Source: Alphaproteobacteria bacterium
Lineage (GTDB): Bacteria; Pseudomonadota; Alphaproteobacteria; Micavibrionales; CSBR16-224
Direction: 5' to 3'
DNA length: 38,296 nucleotides
Assembly (NCBI GenBank): GCA_006226225.1
Contig: SBHI01000085.1
Location: 1-38,296 of the forward strand
Under the pieces are notes generated by a model. The model saw nothing but the letters and a program-made list of their open reading frames with translations. It did no database searches and was not told where the DNA came from. Every line of letters starts with the position of its first letter. Position 1 is the first letter of the stretch. The position numbers and the translations under genes are program-made. Of this stretch, positions 17,435 to 26,408 are shown piece after piece.

Positions 17435-17863
17435 ATGTGTGGAGATTACTTTAACCTGAATGCAGGACGCAGTTTCAACGAACCCGAACAGACGGTTTCG
17501 GCCTACCACCTGCATATCTACTTTGAACCGGGCACAGATGCCGAACAAAACGCGCTGGATATTGCGCAGGAACTAAAACAGCGCTTTCCGCAAGCTGTCA
17601 CAGACGCGCACCGCGTCGGCAAAGTAGGGCCGCATAGCCAAGCCAATATCGGTGTCACAATTACACCGGAAAGCTTTGGCGACGTCGTATCCTTTCTGCA
17701 GCTGAACCGGAAAGATTTGTCCATTCTGGTTCACCCGCGTACGGGCGATGAATGGGTCGACCATAAGGATGCAGCGATGTGGATCGGCCCTCCGGTCGGT
17801 TTCAATGAAAAATTCTTTGAATCTCTGCGTCCGAAAATCAAGAATGGCCCGTCAAGAGGCTGA
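17435..17863 (+). CDS. DOPA 4,5-dioxygenase family protein (PF08883-like)
   Basis: 142 aa with YHLHIYF...VGKVGPHSQANIGV...LSILVHPRTGDEWVDHKDAAMWIG, which matches the conserved blocks of this family as I remember them. Confidence 0.7.
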   Translation: MCGDYFNLNAGRSFNEPEQTVSAYHLHIYFEPGTDAEQNALDIAQELKQRFPQAVTDAHRVGKVGPHSQANIGVTITPESFGDVVSFLQLNRKDLSILVHPRTGDEWVDHKDAAMWIGPPVGFNEKFFESLRPKIKNGPSRG

Positions 17864-17884
17864 AGAATAACGAAAAAAATATTG

Positions 17885-17920
17885 CGGCGGGGTCAGGCAT
17901 GATCTCGCCGTTTCTTTTTT
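17885..17920 (+). terminator. Rho-independent terminator
   Basis: CGGCGGGGTC-AGGCAT-GATCTCGCCG forms a 10-bp stem including two G-U pairs, followed by TTTCTTTTTT. Confidence 0.65.
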
Positions 17921-17934
17921 ATAAACATCTGTGA

Positions 17935-20900
17935 TTAACCACCTTCAACCTCCTGCAACAAAGCCTCTTTTAGAATATCGCTCTGTTTCTGGTAATAATC
18001 GGCAATATCCGAAAGCTGCTGCGTGGTACTGCGCATATAGGCAATTTGTTCCTGTAGCTTGCCTGCATCGGTATTTTCCTGTCCAGCATCCTGCTGCGAT
18101 GGCTGGCTGCCATAGAGTGCCTGAAACAATCTGTTATGCACCAGACGATCAGGGAGCGAGTTCTGGGGCGCATCACTTTCCGTTTGTTCCGGTACGCTGC
18201 CGGATTCCGTCCGTTGGAAAGCGGCATTCTGAGGCTGCACCTTTTCCAGCGCGTCGTTTTGCGCGTCCGGCATTACATCCTGCCCGTTAATATTATCGCG
18301 AATTTGCTGTGACAAACCGTCTGTGCCGTAGAATGCCTGCAAAAAACCGTCACGGGAATGATCCGTTGCCTGCCGGATCAATTCGCTCTCTCCACCAAAA
18401 AGATCGGGACGTAAATTATTGTGCAAATAATCCAGCAAACCGAAATAGCGGCCATCCTGCCCGCTACCTATATTATCAAGGCCGTCTGTGCTGCCCGGCC
18501 GCGCATCTGTTGTAGAGTCGTCCGCCGGAATAAAGCCGTTAAACTCGATTTCATCAAGAACATTCATCACAAAAGCTTGATCGAAAAAGCCGCCATTGCC
18601 GTCACTGACCCTGATTGTCACATTGTGATTAGTCTGTGTTTCAAAATCGACCGTATCCATCAGACGCAGCATATTGCCCGCAATCGTGAATTTCCCGTCA
18701 GGATCACTTTGAATGCTGTAAGTAAAGCTGTCACCCGGCAAGTCGGCATCTGTTGCCGACAATGTGGCGATATCTTTGCCCACCGCCGTCAGCTCCGGCA
18801 AATCGGTGCCGGACAGCATCACCGCTGTCGGAAAATCATTGACCGGATTAATCGTCAGGGGTTTGGTATTGACGATACTGGTATAACCGCTTGTATCCGA
18901 AACGGTAAAATCGAAACTGTCCGCTGTCACTTCACTGCCGTCATGCGTGTAAAGCAAGCGTCCCGCATCAATATCGGTTTGCGTGAACATTCCGCCGACA
19001 CCGCGTGCTTCTCCCGCATCCAAGGTGCCGTTACTATTGGCATCCACGAATAATGTGCCGGTATCCGGTGCATCCGTTACGGTATAAATAATATGACCGC
19101 CGTAAACGATCTGCGTATCTGTCTGGTAAAATGTATTCGGGCTGAAATGGTTGCGGTATTCCGCCGCAACCCATGCGCCGCTGGTCGTACCTTCATAAAC
19201 GCGCAGATTATCATACAGCCCATCGTAATACACATTGTTACGACTGCCATCAAAACTTGTTGCCTCTGATCCGTCACCTATAAAGGCGTAACGCGTCCCA
19301 TCACCCAAACTAGCACCGCCATGTGAATTGGCATCGCGCGCCACTTCCGCACCATCGACATAAAGAATTTTATCCGTACCATCATAAACGGCGGCAATAT
19401 GATGCCAATTGCCATCATTCACCGTCACGCCAGTCGAGTAAAAGTCATCAATGCCAAACCCAGTCCCAGCGGTTGAAAAGCCGACCCGCCCATCACCGTG
19501 AATAAAAACATTAAAAAATTCGCTACGGTCAAAATCGATCAATGACCAGTTCTCACTTAAGCTGGTACCATTAACCGTTGTATTCACCCAGCCGCTCACA
19601 GAAATCTGCGGTAAGGAGTTATTGCCGGACAGGCCGTAATCCAGCGCGATATATTCGGAATTGTTAAATTCCGCCCCACTACCGAAGGCCCCTGCCACCT
19701 GATTACTACTGTCAAAACCGTTGCGCCCAAAGCCGTTATGCGCCCCTTGCGAGCTATCACTGATTTCAACATCAAAATCGCTTTCAAAATGCCAGACACC
19801 GCCATATTCATTGCGCCATGTTGTCGTCTGATTGGTCTCGGACGCGGCTGCATTGCCGTAATAGATATAAAAAATCGTATCCTCTGCGGCTTTCAAATCG
19901 CCACGCGTATAAAGCTGCATGCTTTGCGTGCCCGTATTGAAGGCCACCAGTTCACGGTCAAGCTTGGTCAAACCATCCGCGCCGGTGACAACAATATCCG
20001 ATCCGTCGGCTTTCACATTTCCCCAGAAATCCGCACCAAAGCCGGATTCCGTTAACAGCAGGGCAAAATCATCCAGATCGGCATCGACCAGATCATGGTC
20101 AACGGTAATTTTTTGACGGTATATCCAATTATTATCATACCATGCCGCATCATAGGAAAGCTGCGCATTGGTGATTGCCGTAATCGCCCCCTCATCCGCC
20201 GATGTTGTCGTCAGCGTATCCAGTGCCGGGCTGATCTCGATATCAGCGGTATGCGGGCCGGTGACATTTTCGGCATCACTAACAGTAAAGGAAAAACTAT
20301 CCGTACTATTCGCACCCGCACCATGTGTATAGCTGATATTGCCATCCAGAATATCCTGCTGTGTAAAACTATCACCCAGAGATAACGCTCCGCCGCTTAA
20401 AAACAGCGTACCATTGGACGGCAGTGCCGTCAGTTCGTAAACCAGTCCACCGTCAGGGTCATTAATATCCGTTGCGGTCAACACATCCGTTGTTAAAACA
20501 AGACTGCCGCCCTGCCCCAGCACAGCAGTACCCGTTGTCACCTGCGGTGGGCCTTTAATCCATTTATCAACGATATAATCATTGATGTCGCTGACTTCCT
20601 GCGCGGTCAGCGCATGATTCCATGACCAAAACTCACCGATACTCCCCTGAAAATAGGAGCCCGATCCCAGATTGGCATCGCCAACGGGAGTTTGGCTGTC
20701 ATTGGAATGTCCGATCGTCACATTACCGCTATGCGATCCCAACGTGTCCACCCGCGTCAGAACCTGCGCAGGCCCGCCATTCAGACTGACGGAAAAAGTG
20801 CGGTTATTGATATCAGCATCAGTTGCATCATGGACTGCCGTCACGTAATAGACCGTATTCGGAGCCACCGCCCCCAGATTAACCGATTTATAGCGGTCTG

Positions 20901-21405
20901 CCGCCGCCCAATAACTTTCCCCCCATGTGTAGACGTATAAATCGCCGCCGACCATAATGATATTATAACCGTTTGAGCCGCCGCCCTGTTCATACAGCAT
21001 TTGCGTGCCGCTGACATCTGCGCCGGTTTCAAACACCATTGCAAAAGACTTTTCGCTGTAGCTGCCGGTATTGATTTCCGTCGCATTGGCAATATCAAGA
21101 TAATCGGATGCGCCGTCAAAAAGGATACCGCCTCTGCCGCCAAAAGCCGTATCTTCAAAAGCCGGACGGCTGCCGCCGCTGCCCGTCGCATCATAATTAT
21201 TGCCGCTGTCATCATCCCAGACATCAATCAAGGCACCATCTGCGGGCTGATCATTCGTCAGTCCGTCACCGTCAACATCCAGCGCATCGAAATGAAAAAT
21301 CGTATTGGCAATCACAGGGAAAGAGGCATCAAGCAGCACACGCTGTTCCAGCGCCATCAGCGTCATTTTTGACGTTTTTGCCTTTTTCTCCTTCCCCAAA
21401 AACAT
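17935..21405 (-). CDS. Large extracellular multidomain protein: LEPR-XLL-like N-terminus, LamG, cadherin-like, DUF2341, LamG, cadherin-like, cadherin, and a Gln/Asp-rich tail
   Basis: 1156 aa.
- N-terminus MTLMALEQRVLLDAS, with no hydrophobic signal peptide.
- Two LamG/ConA-like blocks (aa ~60-283 and ~530-755, e.g. NWHHIAAVYDGTDKILYVDGAEV).
- DUF2341-like block NWIYRQKITVDHDLV...IFYIYYGNAAA.
- Cadherin-like blocks ending DSFSFTVSDAEN and DSFDFTVSDTSG.
- Canonical cadherin-type block VNDFPT...ATDADLPGDSFTYSI...VTIRVSDGNGG.
The exact start is uncertain: the GGAG lies only 1 nt from ATG 21405. Confidence 0.8.
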   Translation of the reverse strand: MFLGKEKKAKTSKMTLMALEQRVLLDASFPVIANTIFHFDALDVDGDGLTNDQPADGALIDVWDDDSGNNYDATGSGGSRPAFEDTAFGGRGGILFDGASDYLDIANATEINTGSYSEKSFAMVFETGADVSGTQMLYEQGGGSNGYNIIMVGGDLYVYTWGESYWAAADRYKSVNLGAVAPNTVYYVTAVHDATDADINNRTFSVSLNGGPAQVLTRVDTLGSHSGNVTIGHSNDSQTPVGDANLGSGSYFQGSIGEFWSWNHALTAQEVSDINDYIVDKWIKGPPQVTTGTAVLGQGGSLVLTTDVLTATDINDPDGGLVYELTALPSNGTLFLSGGALSLGDSFTQQDILDGNISYTHGAGANSTDSFSFTVSDAENVTGPHTADIEISPALDTLTTTSADEGAITAITNAQLSYDAAWYDNNWIYRQKITVDHDLVDADLDDFALLLTESGFGADFWGNVKADGSDIVVTGADGLTKLDRELVAFNTGTQSMQLYTRGDLKAAEDTIFYIYYGNAAASETNQTTTWRNEYGGVWHFESDFDVEISDSSQGAHNGFGRNGFDSSNQVAGAFGSGAEFNNSEYIALDYGLSGNNSLPQISVSGWVNTTVNGTSLSENWSLIDFDRSEFFNVFIHGDGRVGFSTAGTGFGIDDFYSTGVTVNDGNWHHIAAVYDGTDKILYVDGAEVARDANSHGGASLGDGTRYAFIGDGSEATSFDGSRNNVYYDGLYDNLRVYEGTTSGAWVAAEYRNHFSPNTFYQTDTQIVYGGHIIYTVTDAPDTGTLFVDANSNGTLDAGEARGVGGMFTQTDIDAGRLLYTHDGSEVTADSFDFTVSDTSGYTSIVNTKPLTINPVNDFPTAVMLSGTDLPELTAVGKDIATLSATDADLPGDSFTYSIQSDPDGKFTIAGNMLRLMDTVDFETQTNHNVTIRVSDGNGGFFDQAFVMNVLDEIEFNGFIPADDSTTDARPGSTDGLDNIGSGQDGRYFGLLDYLHNNLRPDLFGGESELIRQATDHSRDGFLQAFYGTDGLSQQIRDNINGQDVMPDAQNDALEKVQPQNAAFQRTESGSVPEQTESDAPQNSLPDRLVHNRLFQALYGSQPSQQDAGQENTDAGKLQEQIAYMRSTTQQLSDIADYYQKQSDILKEALLQEVEGG

Positions 21406-21500
21406 ACTCCTTTTTGGACGGAATACCCTTTATCTATTTTAACATGAGCAAAGTTAACGCAGGTTTAATTTACCTTTTTTTATAAATAGTTACGAAGATA

Positions 21501-23627
21501 TCAAAACGCAGCTTCTCTTTCCCAGAATGCCGCCAGACGCTGCCAGTATCTCCAGATCATGCTTTCAGCAGAGCTTTCAAGATGCACAACGCCGCGCACA
21601 ACATGCGGGTTTGGCAAAAAATCTTTCATATCCGCCTCAACGGAGAACTGCGCGTCATAAAGCCCGTAACGTGCCGTTAGGCTTGTTTTCCCGGGCACGC
21701 CATCGGTCGGGATACTGCCGCCGAAGGTGGCCGAAAGCTCCGGCCACAACAGGGCATCACTGCTGCTGTCTGCCAGCTTTTCCAACCGTACAGGAAAAGC
21801 TGAGGGAAAATCCGTATCAGGATAAAACTGCCCCATGCCGGAGAGATAGTTTTTTTCTCTTTTATTTTCATGTATATAGCCGCTAACTCTTAAGCTGTCG
21901 GGCTGCACCAATACTCCCAGACGCTGCGCAGGACTGATCCAGCGCCCCTGATGCAGCTCTGTTGCCACATCACTCACTATACCGGATATATCCGCTGTCA
22001 TTACCAGCCGTTGCTGCTGTTCGCGTAAACCGGACAATCTTTGCGCAGCAGCAGCCAGTTTTTCCGTCAATGGCTCCTGTTCGGGATGGTCGCGGGCAAG
22101 GATTTGCTGCTGATCCCGCAATCTCTGCAGTGATTGATAGTCCAGCTCTGCCAGGGTAATTTGCTGCTGTAATTGTGGTGATTCAATCACCGCCAGAATA
22201 TCCCCTTTTTCAACCTGTTGTCCTGCCGTCATATTGAACGTCGTCAGCTTTCCGGCAACCGGCGCATACAGATCCGTATAAGAGGCGCTATGCAGCACCG
22301 CAGGAATACTGACCGTATGTGTCCGCGGCAATGCCGCCACCATGAATATGCCGATTATCACACAGATGCAGATCAAAGCGCGGAGGGAACGGTATGATTT
22401 TCCTCTCCCTCGCCACCAGACAGTCATTTCCCGCCAGATCGGCAAAGCGATAAACCATGCAATTTCAACAACCATCAAAAAGATATTCAAGGGCGGAAAG
22501 AACAGTGCAAAAACCACCCAGGCAATCCCCAGAAACAGAAACAAGCGGTAGACCCAGAGCGCAAAACCGAAACATTGAAAGAAGCGCCGCTGCCGTAAAG
22601 AGAGATTCTCCGGCATATCATCCTGCCAGCCCCATAAAAACCGTCGCAAGCGCCATTTTGCCCAAAGACAGGTGCGGTCTTGCAGGTTTTCAATGCCCAG
22701 CGCATCGGACAGCAGGTAATAGCCGTCAAACTTCATCAACGGATTTAAATTCACCAGCAAGCTACCTGTCAGAGAAACCAGCGCGACAAAGAAGGCAGTA
22801 CTTTTGCCCAGCCCTGCGGGAAGAACATGCCACAACAATAAGGCGATGGCGGCAAGGCTGATTTCCGTCAGCACGCCTGCCGCAGCAATCACGACACGCT
22901 TGCGCCTGTCGGTCAGCGCCCACGCCCCCGTTGTCTCCGTATACAGAACCGGGTACAGCACAATAAATGCGACACCGATCACCGGCACCTTGACCCCGTA
23001 TTTTGTCGCCGCGTAGGCATGCCCCAATTCGTGCAATGTTTTGACAAACACCGTTGTCAGCACAATCAGTACCGCCCCTTCCCAATTCAAGATATTTTGA
23101 AAGCTGTGCAGGAATTCATCCATACGCTGAAAGGTCATCAACAACCCTGCCGCCAGTAAAAGCAACATCATCAGCAGAAAAGTCTTCGACAAGAACGGCC
23201 GCACAATGGGCAGACTTCGCTCCAGAAAATTTTGTGGTTTAAAAAGCGGAAGTGTTACAAAAAGATAACCATGCAACGCACTCTTCCAAAAGGGTTTTTC
23301 CGCAAGCTGCGCACGACGCCCATGCTGCGCCGATGCTTGCGGTGTCGCCCCTTGCACCAGTTGGTTTTGCACAAGAAAACCCGACAAGTCCCGCACCGTT
23401 TCCGTATCAATCGTCAGCGTTGTTTCCGCATTCACAGCGCGGACAAGATCATCAGCCTGGCCGCAATCCGCCAAACGGCGCAGGCATTCAAACGCCGTCC
23501 ACCCAATCTTATAAAAGCGATGCGCCAGCGGGTCGTAAATCACCCAATGCGGCGCGCCATCCGTACCTGATGCGGTTCTGTCGATTTGCAAATCTTCCCG
23601 CAACAACGGTAAATCGCGTTTTGCCAT
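21501..23627 (-). CDS. Fusion protein: PqqD/RRE-like N-domain + polytopic M50 (site-2-protease family) zinc metalloprotease + C-terminal HlyD-type barrel/coiled-coil domain
   Basis: 708 aa.
- HExxH as LHELGHAY (23019-23033).
- Second S2P motif NLNPLMKFDG (22722-22751), which fits NxxPxxxxDG.
- Multiple TM helices between aa ~145-435.
- N-terminal aa ~25-92 (HWVIYDPLAHRFYKIGWTAFECLRRL...ADDLVRAVNAE...VRDLSGFLVQNQLV) look like a PqqD-type winged helix.
- The C-terminus has a lipoyl-like hairpin (LYAPVAGKLTTFNMTAGQQVEKGDILAVIESPQL) and a Gln-rich coiled coil. Confidence 0.8.
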   Translation of the reverse strand: MAKRDLPLLREDLQIDRTASGTDGAPHWVIYDPLAHRFYKIGWTAFECLRRLADCGQADDLVRAVNAETTLTIDTETVRDLSGFLVQNQLVQGATPQASAQHGRRAQLAEKPFWKSALHGYLFVTLPLFKPQNFLERSLPIVRPFLSKTFLLMMLLLLAAGLLMTFQRMDEFLHSFQNILNWEGAVLIVLTTVFVKTLHELGHAYAATKYGVKVPVIGVAFIVLYPVLYTETTGAWALTDRRKRVVIAAAGVLTEISLAAIALLLWHVLPAGLGKSTAFFVALVSLTGSLLVNLNPLMKFDGYYLLSDALGIENLQDRTCLWAKWRLRRFLWGWQDDMPENLSLRQRRFFQCFGFALWVYRLFLFLGIAWVVFALFFPPLNIFLMVVEIAWFIALPIWREMTVWWRGRGKSYRSLRALICICVIIGIFMVAALPRTHTVSIPAVLHSASYTDLYAPVAGKLTTFNMTAGQQVEKGDILAVIESPQLQQQITLAELDYQSLQRLRDQQQILARDHPEQEPLTEKLAAAAQRLSGLREQQQRLVMTADISGIVSDVATELHQGRWISPAQRLGVLVQPDSLRVSGYIHENKREKNYLSGMGQFYPDTDFPSAFPVRLEKLADSSSDALLWPELSATFGGSIPTDGVPGKTSLTARYGLYDAQFSVEADMKDFLPNPHVVRGVVHLESSAESMIWRYWQRLAAFWEREAAF

Positions 23628-23630
23628 CTT

Positions 23631-24965
23631 CTATACTCCCAGAAAACGGCGCAGGGAAATCAACGGACGTCTGAAAAGGCTGTAAGCCAGAAAACTGCGC
23701 GCACCATAGATCTTTGCCGTCCCTGTCAGGCCGATACGCGCCGCATCATCCTCTGCAAAAGTCGCGCGTATTTTATAAGTCAGCAGGCCGTCGGCATCGA
23801 GCGATGCCTGATAACCAATGGTTCTCAGATGTGCCTGATGTTTTTTCAAAGGTGCCGTATTCAGGAAAAAGGCCGCAGGCGCGGCTTCGTCAATCCGCAA
23901 CATGGCATCAACAGGAACGCGGATCAGCAGCTCCGTATCATGTGGCGGTGCCAGCATCATAACCTTATCACCTGTCCGTACGGGGCGGCCGCGCAAGTCG
24001 TTTTTATCAGAGAAAACCGCAACACCGTCGCGCGGCGCCGTTATCACGGCTTGCGCGAGAAGTTCTCGCGCATAATGTAATTCCTGCTGCCGCAGCGCAA
24101 TCTCCGCCCGCAGCGCCGCCAGCTCCTGCTTCTTTTCCGGCGCTGTGATGGATTCGCGCTCCGCCTTTGCCAGCACAGCCTGTGCCATCGTTTGACGGTG
24201 CTCCGCTTCCGCGACCTGACTGCGCAAAGCCGTATCATCTATTTTTGCCAAGACTTCTCCCTGTTTGACCAACGTATTCGGCTCAATCAGGATATCCGCC
24301 AACATGCCGTCGAAGGGGATGGTGATTACGTAAGGGTCTTTGGCAACAACCTCCGCCGGCGCGGTTACCGACAGCTTGACAGGCCAGCACAGCGCTACCA
24401 ACACGGCCAACAGAAAGACCTTTCCCTTCCAGCTGGGCAGCTTTTTTCCACGCCTCTGTACCAACACTTGTAAACCGTAACCATAAGCATCTGCCAATTC
24501 ATCCAGCAAGACCTTATCCAAGGCTGCAAACGGCTCTTCCCGGTCTATCCACAAGGCACCTGTCACATGACCGCTACGGTCATATAATGCAACCAGTGCA
24601 GCATTGGCGGAACACCATGTTTGCCAGTTTTTTTTATCCGTTCCTTCTACATCTTTCGCATGCAAAATACGCACAGCCTCATCCGACTCCTGCTGCGGTA
24701 AATGCCGTGCAATAAAATCAGACAGCCACAACAGATACGGGCTGTTTTTTTCCATCTCCGTCAAACCGGAAACCGTTTCAATGCCATTTTCACCTGTCCA
24801 GAACAGCGCCTGCCGGTACGGAACAAGGCGGTAAGTTTCATTGACCATCATAAACGCCAGCTCTGCCGCCGTCTTTTGACTGCGGGACTGGCGTTGCAGA
24901 GAAAGAAGCAAGAGCAGCTTTTCAGCCTGTGCGTCTATTTTTTTGGTGTTTTTCTTACTCATCAC
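23631..24965 (-). CDS. HlyD-family periplasmic adaptor with an N-terminal cytosolic GAF-like domain
   Basis: 444 aa. Residues ~1-175 are soluble and GAF-like (ELAFMMVNETYRLVPYRQALFW...ALVALYDRSGHVTGALWIDREEPF). A single TM (VFLLAVLVALCWPV) follows. The adaptor core is ITIPFDGMLADILIEPNTLVKQGEVLAKIDD, a coiled coil, then VITAPRDGVAVF. The start overlaps the upstream gene by 11 nt. Confidence 0.75.
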   Translation of the reverse strand: MMSKKNTKKIDAQAEKLLLLLSLQRQSRSQKTAAELAFMMVNETYRLVPYRQALFWTGENGIETVSGLTEMEKNSPYLLWLSDFIARHLPQQESDEAVRILHAKDVEGTDKKNWQTWCSANAALVALYDRSGHVTGALWIDREEPFAALDKVLLDELADAYGYGLQVLVQRRGKKLPSWKGKVFLLAVLVALCWPVKLSVTAPAEVVAKDPYVITIPFDGMLADILIEPNTLVKQGEVLAKIDDTALRSQVAEAEHRQTMAQAVLAKAERESITAPEKKQELAALRAEIALRQQELHYARELLAQAVITAPRDGVAVFSDKNDLRGRPVRTGDKVMMLAPPHDTELLIRVPVDAMLRIDEAAPAAFFLNTAPLKKHQAHLRTIGYQASLDADGLLTYKIRATFAEDDAARIGLTGTAKIYGARSFLAYSLFRRPLISLRRFLGV

Positions 24966-26400
24966 TCGAATCCTGCGGTGCTTCTTCGGGATTTGCCGCT
25001 ACTTTCAGCCCGATAAAGCCCAACGGGATTTTCTTGCGTGCGGCTCCGACATCAAAAATCGCTTTGCCGCCCATACCCGGCAGCAATTCCTCCTGATATG
25101 ACGACAGCTCAGCAACGATTTCCGCCGTCTGGCTGACAGGATCGACTTTTCCATGGACGCGAATGACTTTCGCCGGATATGTTTTTCCGCTTTCCTCCAC
25201 ATAGACATCAAACGGCGTACCGACATTCAGCCAGCGCAGCCAGACAGACGGCACAAGAAATTGCAGCAGCAACGGTTCATTGGAAGAAATTTCCATCAAT
25301 ACACGCCCGCGTTCCGCATATTCATAGGGGCTTGCCAGCCTGTTGGTCACACGTCCGTCAAAAGGTGCCTTAATCGTGCAAAGCGCGATGCGTTTTTCAA
25401 CCTGTGCCAAACGCGCTTGCTCCTGCGCTACGCTTTCCTGTGCCGCAATATATTCGATTTCCGATAAGGTTCCCAATTTGCGCAATTGCTTTTTGGCTTT
25501 CAGTTCGGCATCCGCCAAACGCAGGGCTGCGCTTTTTTCACTGTAAAGCGCCTCTTCAAGCGCACAGTCGAAACGTGCCAGAATATCTTCGGCGGAAAAA
25601 ACATCACCGTTCTGAAAAGGAAAATCGAGAATCCTGCCGCTCATCAGGCTTGAAATCACCGCCTGTCTACGCGCAATCAGAACGGACTGCACCTCATGCG
25701 TTTCAACAGGCGCTTCGACCACGGGCGGCAATGTTTCCACAGCTGCCGTTTCGACCGGATTATCCCCAGCTGCCGGAGCAATCTGTGCGAAACTTTCAAT
25801 ATCCTCCAGCACTTTCCGCATCGGGTCAGCCTCGTCGGCGATGGGCGGCTCCTGTTTTTTCTCTTCCTTAAGAGAGGCCAGCTGCAGAGGTGTCTTTTCA
25901 CGCGATGAAACGGAGAAGAATAATTTCCGTGCCGCTGCAAATTCGACGGTTTTTTGCTCAAACGCGCGGATATCCCGCGACACTGCCGTGATCGTATGGG
26001 ATGCCGTCTGTATAAAAGGTGCATAAGCTATAACAGCCTGCTGTTTGAGTGTTGTCAAATCGGGCAGCTTCACATCTGCGAGTTTTTGGACTGTCTGTTT
26101 CCGCAGCTTTCCGGCTTTATCTGCCGTCTCCCGCCCCAACTCACCTGCAAAAGCGCCAAATGCTTGCAATTGCTGTCCCGCAAGTGCAGGGGCGCGGCGC
26201 CAATCTTCTTTATTAAATAAAAGCGGGTCGGAAAGCACCAGCATCAATCCCAGCACTGCACCAAACAGCGCGCAGGCAACAAACAACGCACGGGTTTTGC
26301 CCGCAGGTGCTTTACGCTGCGCGCGCCCTTCGGATTTCCGTCCGAACGGTACCGTTTTGTTTTTGCCTCCCGATGCATCAAGCATGGTGTCTCTTCGCAA
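24955..26400 (-). CDS. HlyD/MFP-family periplasmic adaptor subunit with a long N-proximal spacer
   Basis: 481 aa. A basic N-terminus is followed by a TM (ALFVACALFGAVLGLMLVL), a ~180-aa spacer with PVET-type short repeats, and an adaptor core (SGRILDFPFQNGDVFSAEDILARFD..coiled coil..CTIKAPFDGRVTNRL...FDVYVEESGKTYPAKVIRV). Confidence 0.75.
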   Translation of the reverse strand: MRRDTMLDASGGKNKTVPFGRKSEGRAQRKAPAGKTRALFVACALFGAVLGLMLVLSDPLLFNKEDWRRAPALAGQQLQAFGAFAGELGRETADKAGKLRKQTVQKLADVKLPDLTTLKQQAVIAYAPFIQTASHTITAVSRDIRAFEQKTVEFAAARKLFFSVSSREKTPLQLASLKEEKKQEPPIADEADPMRKVLEDIESFAQIAPAAGDNPVETAAVETLPPVVEAPVETHEVQSVLIARRQAVISSLMSGRILDFPFQNGDVFSAEDILARFDCALEEALYSEKSAALRLADAELKAKKQLRKLGTLSEIEYIAAQESVAQEQARLAQVEKRIALCTIKAPFDGRVTNRLASPYEYAERGRVLMEISSNEPLLLQFLVPSVWLRWLNVGTPFDVYVEESGKTYPAKVIRVHGKVDPVSQTAEIVAELSSYQEELLPGMGGKAIFDVGAARKKIPLGFIGLKVAANPEEAPQDSSDE

Positions 26401-26408
26401 CCTTTCCT

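Noticed and set aside
17935-21405. Classical RTX-type T1SS substrate assignment for the 1156-aa protein
   Set aside because: I found no GGxGxDxUx nonapeptide repeats, and no ABC transporter is adjacent. The single GGRGGILFDGASD stretch lies inside the first LamG domain and is not repeated.
18309-21485. Multiple plus-strand ORFs (e.g. 18421-19053, 21001-21372, 21108-21485) inside the adhesin gene
   Set aside because: They are Arg/Cys/His-rich antisense frames with no domain content, and they overlap a well-supported multidomain minus-strand CDS.
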